Assembly (NCBI GenBank): GCA_951406725.2
Contig: OX597835.1
Coordinates: 16,554,001-16,618,000, forward strand
DNA from: Octopus vulgaris
Lineage: Eukaryota
Length of the DNA: 64,000 nt
Direction of reading: 5' to 3'
The notes under the pieces were generated by a model. The model had not been told where the DNA came from and made no database searches. It worked only from the letters and a program-made list of their open reading frames with translations. Below, in pieces: positions 1-14,300 of this stretch (its first letter is position 1; each line of letters opens with the position of its first letter). The position numbers and the translations under genes are program-made.

Positions 1-440
1 CTTGCTGAGGCAATTACGGAAGGCTATCAAGACCAAACAACCAGGACAACTGACAAAAGGGGTCTTATTTCATGAGGACACACAAATCCTTGGTTTTGAT
101 GGCTCTGGCACAAGGCTCCTTGATTTCAATGGCTGGCGTGCATGCCTGTGGCTTTGAACTGGTTGATCACACTCCCTATTCTTCTAATTTGGCCTCAACT
201 GACTAGCATCTGTTCCCCAACATGGTAAAAAAACACCCGTGGGAAGCAGAGATGATGATGACGAAGTTTTTGGCCAACAGAATGAAAGACTTTTCACTAA
301 TGGGAACCAAGCATTGCAGCATTGGTGGAAGATGTGTGTGGACTGCAAGGGGAACTGTTTGAAACTTAAACATCATTTGGTCACAATTCATGAGATTATC
401 TTGGTCAGTTGATAAACTTTTTAGCCAACGCTCATGCGTA
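1..440 (+). mobile_element. Mariner transposase 3' relic with right terminal inverted repeat (TIR)
   Basis: LLRQLRKAIKTKQPGQLTKGVLFHED ... GFELVDHTPYSSNLASTD*HLFPNM matches the mariner HPPYSPDLAPSDYHLF motif, then ...WKMCVDCKG. Confidence 0.8.
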
Positions 441-837
441 TGTATGAGAACAGCCAAAAGGTGGTAAGAAGGTCAAGCAAAGACGGCTGCAACTAAGCTG
501 GTCATTGCATGCGCCACCCTGAACTGGAAGCATCCGAATTAGTCTTGTGGAACCCACAAGAGGAAAACACCATCACACTTACATGGACAACTTGATTGCA
601 GACACTGGCTTGGAATGTATCCAGGAACTTAAGGAAGTGGAATGATGGTCGGAGAAGTGTGGTAGGTGGACTTCGTTGCTGTGACCTGGGCTGGAACCCA
701 GCCATAACAATAATAACTGTTGCTGAAAAAAAAATAGTTGCAGAAAGAGATGTGAACTCTATAAGCTGTAGCTTGGGCAACCCATCTGGGGTTGAAGTAA
801 TTTAGAATGAAAACTGGAACAGTGTTAACAGATGTCA

Positions 838-1214
838 GGCGGAGGAGGCTGTGTGGTAAGTAGCTTGCTTACCAACCACATGGTTCCGGGTTCATTCCCA
901 CTGAGTGGCACCTTGGGCAAGTGTCTTCTACTATAGCCTCGGGCCGACCAAAGCCTTGTGAGTGGATTTGGTAGACGGAAACTGAAAGAAGCCCGTCGTA
1001 TATATATATATGTGTGTGCGTGTGTGTTTGTCCCCCTAGCATTGCTTGACAACCAATGCTGGTGTGTTTATGTCCCCGTCACTTAGCGGTTCGGCAAAAG
1101 AAACCGATAGAATAAGTATTGGGCTTACAAAGAATAAGTCCCGGGGTTGAGTTGCTTGACTAAAGGCGGTGCTCCAGCATGGCCGCAGTCAAATGACTGA
1201 AACAAGTAAAAGAG
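838..1214 (+). mobile_element. tRNA-derived SINE family 1 (GGCGCAGGAGTGGCTGTGTGG... ending in (GTAAAAGA)n)
   Basis: A/B-box head, internal (TA)/(TG) tract. Many near-identical copies in the window, e.g. 2042-2408, 26353-26519, 31381-31797, 50076-50493, 54049-54700, 61361-61757. Confidence 0.85.
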
Positions 1215-1442
1215 AATCCTCCTCCACATCATCCCACTTGTCACATAAACTGCTAGAAACAGCAGCAGCAAACCCTTCCTCAAACTGCACCCTAATGACA
1301 TAGCCCTAGATGCACAAAAAGACAATATGGTAATAACTGGATTGTCTCTCGTCATAAATGTACTCAATCAGGGTAGACTCGTGGCTAAATAACAACAGAA
1401 AAATTGAAGACATACAACAAAACAGATTCAGTAATCAGGCTT

Positions 1443-1448
1443 TTTAAT
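1443..1448 (-). terminator. Candidate poly(A) signal ATTAAA of ferritin A
   Basis: About 180 nt after the stop codon, followed on the minus strand by TG/T-rich sequence (TCTGTTTTGTTGTATGT). Confidence 0.5.
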
Positions 1449-1625
1449 TCAATACACCAAGGAATAGAATACACGCTAAAATTAGGAAGCCATTTATAAA
1501 ACATCTAAGAAACTTGTAGGGGAACGTTAGAAAAAAAAAGGAGACAGCAGGTTTGTTACTTTAATTCACGAAGAAATTCCTATGAGTAGCTTTGTCTTGG
1601 TGCATTCTTGTAAGTAAAAGTGAGT

Positions 1626-1763
1626 TTAGCTTTCAAGTTGCCTGTCAAACAAGTACTCGCCAAGACCACCACCAACACGTTTCAGGTTGGTAATGTGGTC
1701 GGACAGAACCTTGATGTCATCGACCTGTTCAGCGAGATATTCGCTTTCAATGAAGTCCATCAT
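1626..1763 (-). CDS. Ferritin A exon 4 (coding part, with TAA)
   Basis: Polypyrimidine tract and ctgcAG acceptor, translation [14 protein letters not shown]...[13 protein letters not shown]. Confidence 0.96.
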   Translation of the reverse strand: MMDFIESEYLAEQVDDIKVLSDHITNLKRVGGGLGEYLFDRQLES

Positions 1764-4700
1764 CTGCAGAGAGAGAAAGAAAAAGAAGTTTATTAAAAAA
1801 AAAAAACCCCAAAAATCTAGAGACAGACAGATCTACTGTATTTGATAACATGTAAGATGTACTTTTCCTTCCCAAGATATGTCTAAAAAAAATTCCCACA
1901 GGTGAAGTTGGGTCACCCATGATGAACTTTTAACTCTCTAGCATTTCAATGCCAGCATGGAAAGTGGATCTTAAATGATGATGATGACGACGATTATTCT
2001 GTCATAATTAATGCATATTTATTCACATTGTTTTGGATATAGGCGCAAGAGTGGCTGTGTGGTAAGTAGCTTGCTTACCAACCACATGGTTCCAGGTTCA
2101 TTCCCACTGCGTGGCACCTTGGGTAAGCGTCTTCTACTATAGCCTCGGGCCGACCAAAGACTTGTGAGTGGATTTGGTAGACAGAAACTGAAAGAAGCCC
2201 GTCGTATATGTGTGTGCCTGTGTTTGTCCCCACAACATCACTTGACAACTGATGGTGGTGTGTTTATGTCCCCATAACTTAGCAGTTCGGCAAAAGAGAT
2301 GACAGAATAAGTACTAAGCTTCCAAAGAATAAGTCATGGGGTCGATTTGCTTGACTAAAGGCAGTGCTCCAGCATGGCCGCAGTCAAATGACAACCAAGT
2401 AAAAGAGATTAATTATGCATTATCTTGTAGCTTTGAGATTTCAATGATGGGATTGTTTGTTTGTAGAGTGACATTGCAGGATAGGTGCAAGAGGCTGAAT
2501 CTAGCCAGTTTAAAACATAAGACAGAATATTTCGGCTGGTTCGAATGTTAAATGGTTAAGTGGCTCTGTTGGTTACGACGACGAGGGTTCCAGTTGATCC
2601 AATCAACAGAACAGCCTGCTCGTGAAATTAACATGCAAGTGGCCGAGTATTCCACAGACACGCATACCCATAACATGGTTCTCAAGAGGATTCAGCATGA
2701 CAAGGTTGGCCCTTTGAAATACAGACACAACTCATTTTTTGCCAACTGAGTGGACTGGAGCAACAAGAAATGTATTTTGCTGAATGACACAACATGCAGC
2801 CAGGTATTGAACTCATGCCCTTATGATCTTTAGCCTAATACCCTGACCACTTGCCTTCATAAGACTTTAATGAACTAAAAACGTTTCCCCCCCCCCCCTG
2901 ATCATATGCTGTTGAAATTGGAGTGTCTTATATACCCTTGCATTGTTTATGCCATCAAGTATGGTCAGTTACAACAAGCTGCCACCCCAGAAATGACCAT
3001 CTTGTCTCTTCGGTATGTTTGTTTTGTTGTTGTTTGTTCCTTCTCGAGCCATGCCTGGCTCATAAGGGCTGGTTTCCTGGTCTGTCGCAGGAAAGGAGAC
3101 AACCCCTTGTTCATGTATTATTTGTTTCCTAAGAGCTTCATAGATGTAAGATCCAGACAATTTTGAGTTACGAAAGATAGTAGTGTTTCTTGCCTGCATG
3201 GGAAAGTGGAAACTAAATAATATGTATTTCTTTATTACCCACAAGGGGCTAAACACAGAGGGGACAAACAAGGACAGACAAACGAACCAAGTCGATTATA
3301 TCAACCCCAGTGCGTAACTGGTACTTATTTAATCGACCCTGAAAGGATGAAAGGCGAAGTCGACCTCAGCGGAATTTGAACTCAGAACGTAACGGCAGAC
3401 GAAATACAACTACGTATTTCGCCCGGCGTGCTAACGATTCTGCCAGCTCACCGCCTAAATAATATGGTCATGCACATACACCTGCACAAACACATACAAC
3501 ACACATCCTTTTGAATATGTGTGGTTTCCACTAAAACTTTTCTGAAAGAGAGAGAGAGAGAAATGGGGGGTGGGGTTATATATTTTCTGTATTGCAAGTA
3601 AGATAAAAATAAATTACCTGGGCGTCGTTATGACTATCAGCTATCTTGTGCAGTTCCAGAAGGGATCCGTTGACCTTCTTTTCCAGAGCAAGAGCTGCTT
3701 CCATGGCGTCCAGAGCTGTTCCCCAATCATCATTATCAGGTTTCTGAGAAAAAAATTAGAGCAACAAAAACTTCGTTAATTTTGACAGTGCAAAACAAAA
3801 AAAAAAACCCACCACTCCATTCACCCCCATTTCTACCACTTATTTCCCACAGGTCCTTATGCAGTAGTGAGGAGTAGAGATTACTTATCTCCGTTAAAAC
3901 AATCCAACAAAATAGTGGCCTAGTGGTTAAGGCTGTTGCACTTGCAATCACCAGATCGTAGGTTTGATTCCCTGACTGGGCAGCGCATTGCGTTCTTCAG
4001 CAAAACACTTTTATTTCTTGTTGTTCAAGTCCCCACTTTCAATCGGGGTGGGGGTTGACCTGCTTGCCTAGCCAGCACGGTGGCATCATCCAAAGGCTAA
4101 AGCAATGCAAAGTGCACTGTGATCAGCGATGTGTAACACCTGATAGTCCAGTTGGTCATGTGAGATAGGTTTGGCATATATTACCTTTATTAAATAATAT
4201 ACATACATATATATAGCTCTACAATTATATTTAAAATTTATTTATTAACGACAGAGGCAGTAATAATGAGAGGTAATATTTATCCCCACTTAAACGTAAA
4301 TGTTCAGTTAGAACAAACTATACTGTGGTAGATACCATGAGAGAATCTCTCTTATTGGCTTTTGGTGCAAAAATGCACTTTTTGTTTAAAGATAAACACC
4401 CATATTTAACTGGGGATAAATATTATTTCTCAATAATGTTCACATATATATATATGTATATATATATATCATCATCGTTTAGCGTCTGCTTTCCATGCTA
4501 GCATGGGTTGGACGGTTCAACTGGGGTCTGGGAAGCCAGAAGGCTGCACCAGGCCCAGTCTGATATGGCAATGTTTCTACGGCTGGATGCCCTTCCTAAC
4601 GCCAACCACTCCGTGAGTGTAGTGGGTGCTTTTACGTGCCAGACAAGGCTAGCAAACATCCACGATCGGATGGTGCTTTTTATGTGCCACCATATTCTAT

Positions 4701-5613
4701 GTTCTAAGCTGATATCAATTATTTTCCTGTACATACATAAATATATACACACATGTATGCCCGTCATTGGTTGGTAGTCAGTATTGGCTTGCTTATTATA
4801 CCAACTGTAAGCTGGAGGTTTAGCAAAAAAGAGACAGATAATACTAGACTTCAATATTGTATTTGAAAAATTCAGTCCTGCTCTGCAGCACTTTGAGCAA
4901 ATGTCTTCTACTTATAGCCTTGGGTTGACCAAAGCCTTGCGAGTAGATTTGGTGGATGGAAACTGAAATAAGCCTTTCATATACACGTGTAGCTGTATCT
5001 TTGTCCTGACATCAAGTGATGGTTGTAAATAAGCACCACTGTCATACAAGCGAGGTTGTTAGTTTCCAGTCATCTGTGGAAAACATGTCCAAATATTGTT
5101 AGGAAACCGGTGAGGGTTGGGACAGGGAGAGCTTCCAGCCATAGAAAATCTACCTCAACAAATCACCATCGGAGCCAAGTAAGCATGAAAAAGCAGACAT
5201 TAAATAATGATTATTATTATTATTATTATTATTATTACTACTAACCTCAACTTGCTTCAGAAGGATTCTTCCACCCCTCTTGTTCTGATATTTCATGAAC
5301 TTCTCAGCATGTTCTTTCTCTTCTTCAGATCTTTTCTGAAAGAATTTGTACAACCCTTTCAGGGCGACATCATCGCGATCAAAGTAAAATGCCTGAAAAG
5401 TTAAAGAAACAACAATAAATTAATCAAATGGAGATTCCTTTTACGTATTTCAACATAATTTTCTTCAACTCTTCCGGTGCCAACCTGCCTAAAACCAAAC
5501 CTGAGAATTCAAAGTGGTTGTGTTTAGATTTAAAAATTCAGTTACCAGGGAATAGAATACATGCTAAAAATAAGAAACCATTTCTAAAACATCTAAGAAT
5601 CTTGTAGAGGAAC

Positions 5614-5647
<34 letters not shown>

Positions 5648-8600
5648 AGATTTATTACTTGAATTTACAAAGAATTTCCTGCGAGTTGCTTTGCCTTGGT
5701 GCATTCTTGTAAGTAAAAGTGAGTTTAGCTTTCATGGTGCCTGTCAAACAAGTACTCACCAAAACCACTGCCAACAGGTTACAGGTTCAATCTCACTGCA
5801 TGGTACCTTGGCCAAGGGTCTATGCATCCTCTACTATAGCTTTGGAGCAACCCAAGCCTTTAAACAGATTTGGTAGAGAGAAATTGAAAAAAGTCCATTG
5901 TGTATAGTTGTGTCTGTTTATGTCTCGACAGTGTGATACTTGTATGACAGTAAATGAGTTTCACTGTCATACAAGCGGCACCATTCGTTTCTAATTTTGG
6001 CACAAAGCCAGCAATTTCAAAAGGGAGAGATAAGCTGATTACATTGGTACCAGTGCTCAACTGGTATTTATTTTATTGAACCTGAACATATGAAAGGCAG
6101 CATCGACCCTGGCGAAATTTGAACTTGATGGATGAAATACTACAAAGCATAGAAGGGACAAACAAGGAAAAAGGTATTAAGTCGATTACATCGACCCCAG
6201 TGCACAATTGGTACTTAATTTATCGACCCCGAAAGGATGAAAGGCAAAGTCGACCTCGGCGGAATTCACGATCCATTTAAGAAGCTTTGTTTTTACCAGC
6301 AAGAATAGTGTTGTTTTACATCATAAGAATTTAGAAACTTCAAGAGAACATGAAATAAACGGTTTTTACTAGTGGAACTCAAATTAGGTAAAACTATAAA
6401 TAATTGCTTCTACTACAGGCACATGGCTAGAATTTTTTTTGAGGTGGGGAGGAGGAGGGAGAAAACTAGCCAGTTCCATTGACTCCAGTGTCCAAACTGG
6501 TATTTATCTCACTGATGCTCAAAGGATGAAAAGCAAAGTTTAGCCTCAGTTAAATTTGAACTCAGAACATAGAGACGAAATGCTGCCAAGCATGTGCCAA
6601 CAGTCCTGCCAGTTCACTAGCATGTAAACCCTTTGAAACCTGCCCGACATGTTTACAGACGATAAAGGGTTTGTGTACCCTGGGCAGCCATTGGCCTTTC
6701 TAGTCAAAAGTTGTTTTAAAAAAAATCCAATATTTAACCCTTTTGTTATCTTCCTTCTGTTGAAATACATGCGATTTACTTTTGTTATTCACTTGTTTTA
6801 GTCACCTTGACCATGGCCATGCTGGAGCACTCCTTTGAGAGGCTTTTTTTTAAGTCGAAGAAAGTGATCCAAGAATATTTAAAAAAAAAAAGTCTAATAC
6901 TTACTCTATCAGTCTTCTTTTGCCAAATTGCTAATAATAATAATTCTTTCTACTGTAGACACAAAGCCTCAGATTAGGGGATTAGTCAATTACATCAACC
7001 CCAGTGTCTCACTGGTATTTAATTTATCAACCCTAAAAGGATGAAAGGCAAAGTCGACCTCAGCAGAATTTGAACTCATAACGCAGTGATAGGTGAAATA
7101 CCGCTAAGCATTTCGTCCAGTGCGCCAACGGTTCTGCCAGTTTGCTGTCTTAATGACAATAATAGTAATTATTACCATACACAAATAGGAGTGAGAGAAG
7201 AAGATTCTAACAGTACAGAGGTTCGCTGAGACACAACTAGACTGATATCACAACACTTTAATTACCAGAGAAGTTCAATTTGGTAGCAAGGCTATATAAT
7301 TATATACCTAACTTCTATACAATTCATTCATATATACTCTAGTTTCTCCTTCCCAAGATCACTCTTTTATGTTAAAATAGAGACATAAATCTGTGGCTGA
7401 ATGGCAATCAGAACTGCCAAAGTAACAAAGCTTAAACTTGATTAATGTGTAACATATAGGCAAATCATTGTATGAAGGTCAAGTGCAACAGGAGTGTATA
7501 TAGAAAATACTATAGTGTCTACCGTGTAGGTCATACACACGTAACATTAATAATAATAAAGAGAATGGAAATTTTTCACATTCATAAATTTTATTTAAAA
7601 CTGTTTAATAAAATTTATGGATGTGAAAAATCTCTAGTCTTCTTCCTATTAATCATCATCATCATTTAGCGTCCACTTTCCATGCTAGCATGGGTTGGAC
7701 GGTTCAGCTGGGGTCTGGGAAACCAGAAGGCTGCACCAGGCCCAGTCTGATCTGGCAATGTTTCTACGGCTGGATGCCCTTCCTAACGCCAACCACTCCG
7801 TGAGTGTAGTGGGTGATTTTTACGTGCCACCGACACAGGTGCCTGACGGGGCTGGCAAATGTTCACGGTCGGATGGTGCATTTTACGTGCCACCGGTACG
7901 GGGGCCAGGCGAGGCTGGCAATGGCCACGATCAGATGGTGCTTTTTACCTGCCACCGGCACGGAGGCCCATCGGGGTGGCGCTGGCAACGGCCACGTTTG
8001 GACGGTTCGCTTACGTGCCACCGGCACTGGTATCACAGCTGCAATTTCCATTGTTATTAATTATTCTATGGAACATATGCGGCCCTGAACAAGACATATG
8101 GAATTACCCAACAAGAGAAGTTACCAGTGCTCAACAACTCATTGTTAGCTTGAATACTACATATGGACTGCTGTGGCTAGCCAGCATCCGAAACCAATTT
8201 GAGAGAAAATACGGTAACCACTAGGATAATATATCCTCTTAAACTCATTTGATTTATATCGTAAGTACTGTCATACCAACACAGTGCAAGTCAAGGATAA
8301 ATGTATAAATATGGCAGCTGTGGTTGTGGGTTCAGTCCTGCTATGTGGCACCTTGGGCAAGTGTCCTCTACTATATTGTTGGGCTGACCGAAGTGGATTT
8401 GGTAGAAGGGAACTAAAAGAAGCCTGTCGTTATGAGTGCATGCATGTGTGAGCCTGTGTCCCATAGTGGTTCATCAGAAAGGAACTGATAGAATAAGCAC
8501 CAGGAAGAAAAAAAAGACCAATTTATTTTCATTTAAAAACCTTTAAGGTGATGCTCCAGGGTGGCCTCAATCCAATGACTGAAACAAGGTTAAAAAAAAA

Positions 8601-11306
8601 AAACCCTATATAAATACACACACACACACACACAGTAATGGAGTTCATTATCTTATACACACATACATATATAGGCAAAGTGAGTTTAGAGCTGTATCCT
8701 ACACCAGTTTCACATAACCAGCCCCAGCCCAAACAAAAGTACCTTGAATTGTAAGGCAACCTGCTGTGCCTGAGGAGACCTATTGAGTCAAGTACATCAA
8801 CATCAAAATGAAAATCAAATGGAAATTGTAGTTGTGATACTCGTGACGGCAGCACGTAAAAAGAACTATCCGAATGTGGCCGATGCCAGTGCTGCCTTGA
8901 CTGGCTTCCGTCACCAACCGATCATGGCCCTTGCGAGCCGCCTCTGGCATGTAAAAAGCACCCACGACACTCAGAGTGGTTGGCGTTTGGAAAGGCATCC
9001 AGCTGTAGAAACACTGCCAGATCAGACTGGAACCTTATGCAGCCTCCTGGCTTCCCAGACCCCGGTTGAACCATCCAACCCATGCTAGCATGGAAAACAG
9101 ATGTTAAACGATGATGATGATATGTGTGTGTGTGTGTGTAAAGTACTAAAAACAAAGACTGTAAATCAAGAATAGATAATCAAAATCAATTTAATGACTG
9201 GCATCCGTGCCAGCAAAGAGCACCATACGAGTGTGATCATTGACAGAGAGGCTATTCAAGTATGATCGTTACCAGCGTCGCCTTACTGGCACTTATGCCT
9301 GTGCTAGTAGGGTGCCAAGAGCACCATCCAAGTGTGATCGTTGCCAGAGCAGCCAACTGGCTTCCGTACCCATGGCACGTAAAAGGGCACCATTCGAGTG
9401 GGATCGTTACCAAAGTCGCTTCACTGACACTTGCAAAAAGATTCGAGCGAGGACATTGCCAGTACCGCCTGACTGGCCCCTGTGTCGGTGGCACGTAAAA
9501 AGCACCCACTACACTCTTGGAGTGGTTGGCGTTAGGAAGGGCATCCAGCTGTAGAAACTCTGCCAGATCAAGATTGGAGCCTGGTGCAGCCATCTGGTTC
9601 GCCAGCCCTCAGTCAAATCGTCCAACCCATGCTAGCATGGAAAGCAGACGTTAAACGATGATGATGATGATGATGGTGATGATTTAATGTCTGAAAACAG
9701 ACATTAAATGATATTTTATGTATTTCGTTTTGTAACAAAGCAACTTGTGAATTCATTCTCTGCTGCAGGTAGCCAACAAGGCCTTAAAGTCATTGACACT
9801 CATAGAAACACTTAGAGCCACACAAGGCCGTATTTCTACGTCGTTTTATTGCTTGCTTTCCCCCACTGAAGTGTCTATGTTCTATTACAACAAACTATAC
9901 AGTAATTAGTCCTTCTGGTAACAGGAGACACTGAACATGTGTGATGACTGACCCTGCTGGACTAATGAAAAACAGACTGCTAGCCATACACCACACTAAA
10001 AGAATGTACTGATATATCCACAATACAACACTTAACAGCTATTACTCTAGCTGTGACCTCAATACGTGTGCTTCGCAACAGAACTTTCCAGAAATTTAAA
10101 TACGAATTAAGCAGTCCTATATCCTAAAGTGTTAATGGATTAGACAACAGATACTGAAAGCTTAGTTGATTTCTGAATGCCACTCTGCAATTCTGATAAT
10201 GTTTTTTTAAAAATTTATATTCCCTCAACTTTTTTAATTAGTTCTTGCTAAACTAAAAAGCTGTTTATTAATTGATTGCTGCTAAAACTAACGAGCTGTA
10301 ATTTGATAGGCTTGTTTGTCATGGAGAGATCAGCATTCTGACATTTCTCCTTCAATAAAAGGTTTGCCTCAAAATGCCAGGTTTTTCCATGTCCTTCCCC
10401 ACTTGATTGCAGTTGCTGATGCAAGATGGCACAAGATTTCAAATCCATAACTAGTTTGGCCTGGGTTGCAATCAATAATATCCAACAGAGATCTATTAAC
10501 AGATTCTGGCAAATAGACAAACATATCCACTTCATCAATATCACCATTCTAATATCCAATTTTCCATGCTACCTCCGAGACTCCAGTATGTACAGCATAG
10601 AAGTCAAACTTCTATGTGGTTGTTTAATCTACAAGAAACAGCAGCTAAATCTCATCCTAACATCTTGAAGTCCGAAGTAAACTGCCTAAACGAATAGGAC
10701 CGATCATGAAGAAAATCTTTTAATCACTGATATGTCAGCTTGATTAGGGGCTGGCCTAGGGACAACAACAGTGTCATGCAGGGCCCATATTTTAACATAT
10801 AAATTTAAGGACACCCAGTCTAGTGCCATAAAACTATGTGTAAAATTACAAGTCGCAGAGGAACTAGAAAGGCCACTGGTGCTCCCCGCCCCTCCAGAGA
10901 AGATTGAAAAGGAAAAAGAAAAATACCACGCTCCCTCTCACTGCCCCGACTCAATTATACAATATGGTTACTCACTCCCATCATGGAATATATAAATAAT
11001 TGTTTACAGCAGTAATATGCCCAATAATATATTGTTGCTGAGAAACAACACAGCCCACCCCACCAATCACCTCTCCAGTCTCTGTCCATACGTTATATAA
11101 TTCAAGGCCGAAGCCAGGCATTGTTCAGAATTAGGTTAATAAATGCCATATGTAAAGAGATCTCCCCCTCTCTATACACAGATCTATCTATCTAAATAAT
11201 AGCAGCAGTTAACTATATTTTATATAAACATATTGTAATAACCAAGAACTGAATGATTTTGGCTTCAAGCCATAATTTTGTCAAGTGATATATATGTATA
11301 TATGTA

Positions 11307-11339
<33 letters not shown>

Positions 11340-14300
11340 TTATTTATTTCTTTACTACCCACAAAGGGCTAAACACAGAGGGGACAAACAAGGAATGACA
11401 AACGGATTAAGTCGATTATATCGACCCCAGTGCGAAACTGGTACTTTATTTATCGACCCCGAAAGGATGAAAGGCAAAGTCGACCTCGGCAGAATTTGAA
11501 CTCAGAATGTAACGACAGACGAAATACCTATTTCTTTACTACCCACAAGGGGCTAAACACAGAGAGGACAAACAAGGCAAGACAAACGGATTAAGTCGAT
11601 TATATCGACCCCAGTGCGAAATTGGTACTTTATTTATCGACCCCGAAAGGATGAAAGGCAAAGTCGACCTCGGTGGAATTTGAACTCAGAACGTAACGAC
11701 AGACGAAATACTGCAAAGCATTTCGCCCAGCTCGCAAATATATATATATATATATATCCATCCACAGAGAAAGGAAAGTTTGTTAAATGCTGTGTCCAGA
11801 GGAAGGAAAATTAAATGTTTAAAAAATAAAAGTTCCAATTAGTATCAACCATTTGACCGTTAGGTCATTGACACCATTTTCAAGAATTAGAATCTAGCAC
11901 AGAACTTATCAAAAACTGGAAGCAGAATTTGCATATAACCACCTCCCCATTTTAAAAATAAAGAATGGATTTGTGTGTGTGAGCGAGGGAAGTCAGCAGT
12001 TACTACTGCATGTTGGTAACATGTGAGAGACATATGCAATCAACAGTTGAGCATTTATCATTAAGTCACTCTACACCAACGGACTGACTCAATGCTACAC
12101 TCCCATCCCACCCCACCAATTTAAAATGAGTGTCAGGTTTTACGACCAACGTAATTAGCTAAGAGCCAATAGCTACGTTCGCAAGTTCTCAACACTTCTA
12201 ACCAACTGCAATGTGGTGTATGGCTGTCACAATCAGTATTAAATGAAGTATTTCAAACTACTACAAACATCAGCTACATAACTTTTAAAATATTCGGTCT
12301 AAATAAGACAGGAAGGTCATGGACGGAACATCTCACACCATAGGTTTGTTTGTTGCATCAGAACTTGCCTAGGATAAAGCATCACAAATTTTGTTGGTCC
12401 CATATATGTTGAGAAGGTGAGGTTTCATAGGAACAGAGCCCTTAAGCCAACAAAGATTTTATGTTAGATGTACAATAAGATTAGACGATTAGACCCCTCA
12501 AAATTTAGACCATGTAGTTGTTAAGTGGATTTTTTAAAAAACTATACAGCCTTGCTTTTAATTATCAAATAAAACTGTCCACGGGATAGGGATGAACAGC
12601 ACAACTCAACAGTTTTCTTTCTTACGTAAGTTTAATACCAAAGCAATCACGAACATAGTACAGTGGTAACCCCCTTTGTGCATCTTGTGTATCACATGTG
12701 ATAAATAACACATATTTCTCTGGCATCCATATATGATGCATATCAATTTTTTTTCTCCGACTATAAGAATAACTTGGGACTTATGAAAAAAAAGGGAAGC
12801 TTTTTAGCTCTCAGAAGAAAAGGAACAGGAGCTGCATCTGAACAGAATCAGCAGATGTTTAGGACAAATTTATTAAAATGCTTTGGAGAGGCAAAAAGAG
12901 TCGATGAGTAGAAAGGTAATGGATGGTCGAAGCACTCCATCGGTTACGACGATGAGAGTTCCGGTTGATCCGAATCAACGGAACAGCCTGCTTGTGAAAT
13001 TAACGTGTAAGTGGCTGAGCACTCCACAGACACGTGTACCCTTAACGCAGTTCTCGGGGATATTCAGCGTGACACAGAGAGTGACAAGGCCAGCCCTTTG
13101 AAATACAGGTACAACAGAAACAGGAAGTAAGAGTGAGAGAAAGTTGTGGTGAAAGAGTACAGCAGGGATCACCACCATCCCCTGCCGGAGCCTCGTGGAG
13201 CTTTAGGTGTTTTCGCTCAATAAACACTCACAACGCCCGATCTGGGAATCGAAACCGCGATCCTATGACCGCTGCCCTAACCACTGGGCCATTGCGTCTC
13301 CACTAGAAAGGTAATACAGGAAACACAAAAGATATTTTGTAAGTCCACATGTTTTTATAACTTTTAGCATTTAAACTGGCCACATATCTCGTCAAATACC
13401 TTGTTTTATGTTTTAACGAGCCAAATTGGACCTCACACACCTACCTAGAGTTATTCCAACAATAACCAATCCCATCATTGAAATATCAAAGCTATGAGAC
13501 AATCATCATCATCATCGTTTAACGTCCATTCTCCATGCTAGCATGGGTTGGACGGTTCGACCGGGGATCTGGGAAGCCAGAAGGCTGCACGGCTCCAGTC
13601 TTATTTGGCAATGTTTCTACAGCTGGATGCCCTTCCTAACGCCAACCACTCCGTGAGTGTAGTGGGTGCTTTTTATGTGCCAGGCGAGGCTGGCAACGGC
13701 CACGGTCGGATTGGTGTATTTTATGTGCTACCGGCACGGAAGCCAGTCGAGGCGGCGCTGGCATCGGCTACGAGTTGGATAGTGCAATGTATGATTAATT
13801 AAAAATAATGTGGATAAATAAGGATTACATTTGACAGTAATCTGAATGCTAAAAGGTTAATGCCACTAAATATAATTAATCTCTCTTTTTTATATTAAAG
13901 ATCTTTTACTGTCTTGAAAGAGTCATCATACCAATATTATTAACACAAGCGCCGGTTCAGTTCCACTTCTTTATTATTAGTCTTTTACCTTAGTAACAAA
14001 AGGTGATAAGTCATTGTTTACCGATTCCACACATACTTAACAGGCTTGTTTACAATGGTACTGGACTTTTACCAAAAGACCTGTAGAAACAGCTAGAAAA
14101 AAGTTTGACTGAAACAAATTTAACATATAGCACAAGTAACCAAAAGTAATTTTACCATATGTTGGAATTTGGAATTAAAAAAAACCCAGTTTCATCATCA
14201 TCATCGTTTAACGTCCGTTCTCCATGCTAGCATGGGTTGGACAGTTTGACCGGGGATCTGGGAAGCCAGAAGGCTGCACCAGGCTCCAGTCTTATCTGGC

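Noticed and set aside
11614-11814. Recurrent [22 protein letters not shown]...
   Set aside because: It is the antisense translation of SINE family 2 and recurs with every copy.
13230-13303. tRNA-like sequence, and similar ones at 3915-3975, 23780-23855 and 43470-43546
   Set aside because: These are SINE heads with A/B boxes that run into SINE bodies, two of them with TSDs. No complete cloverleaf is seen.
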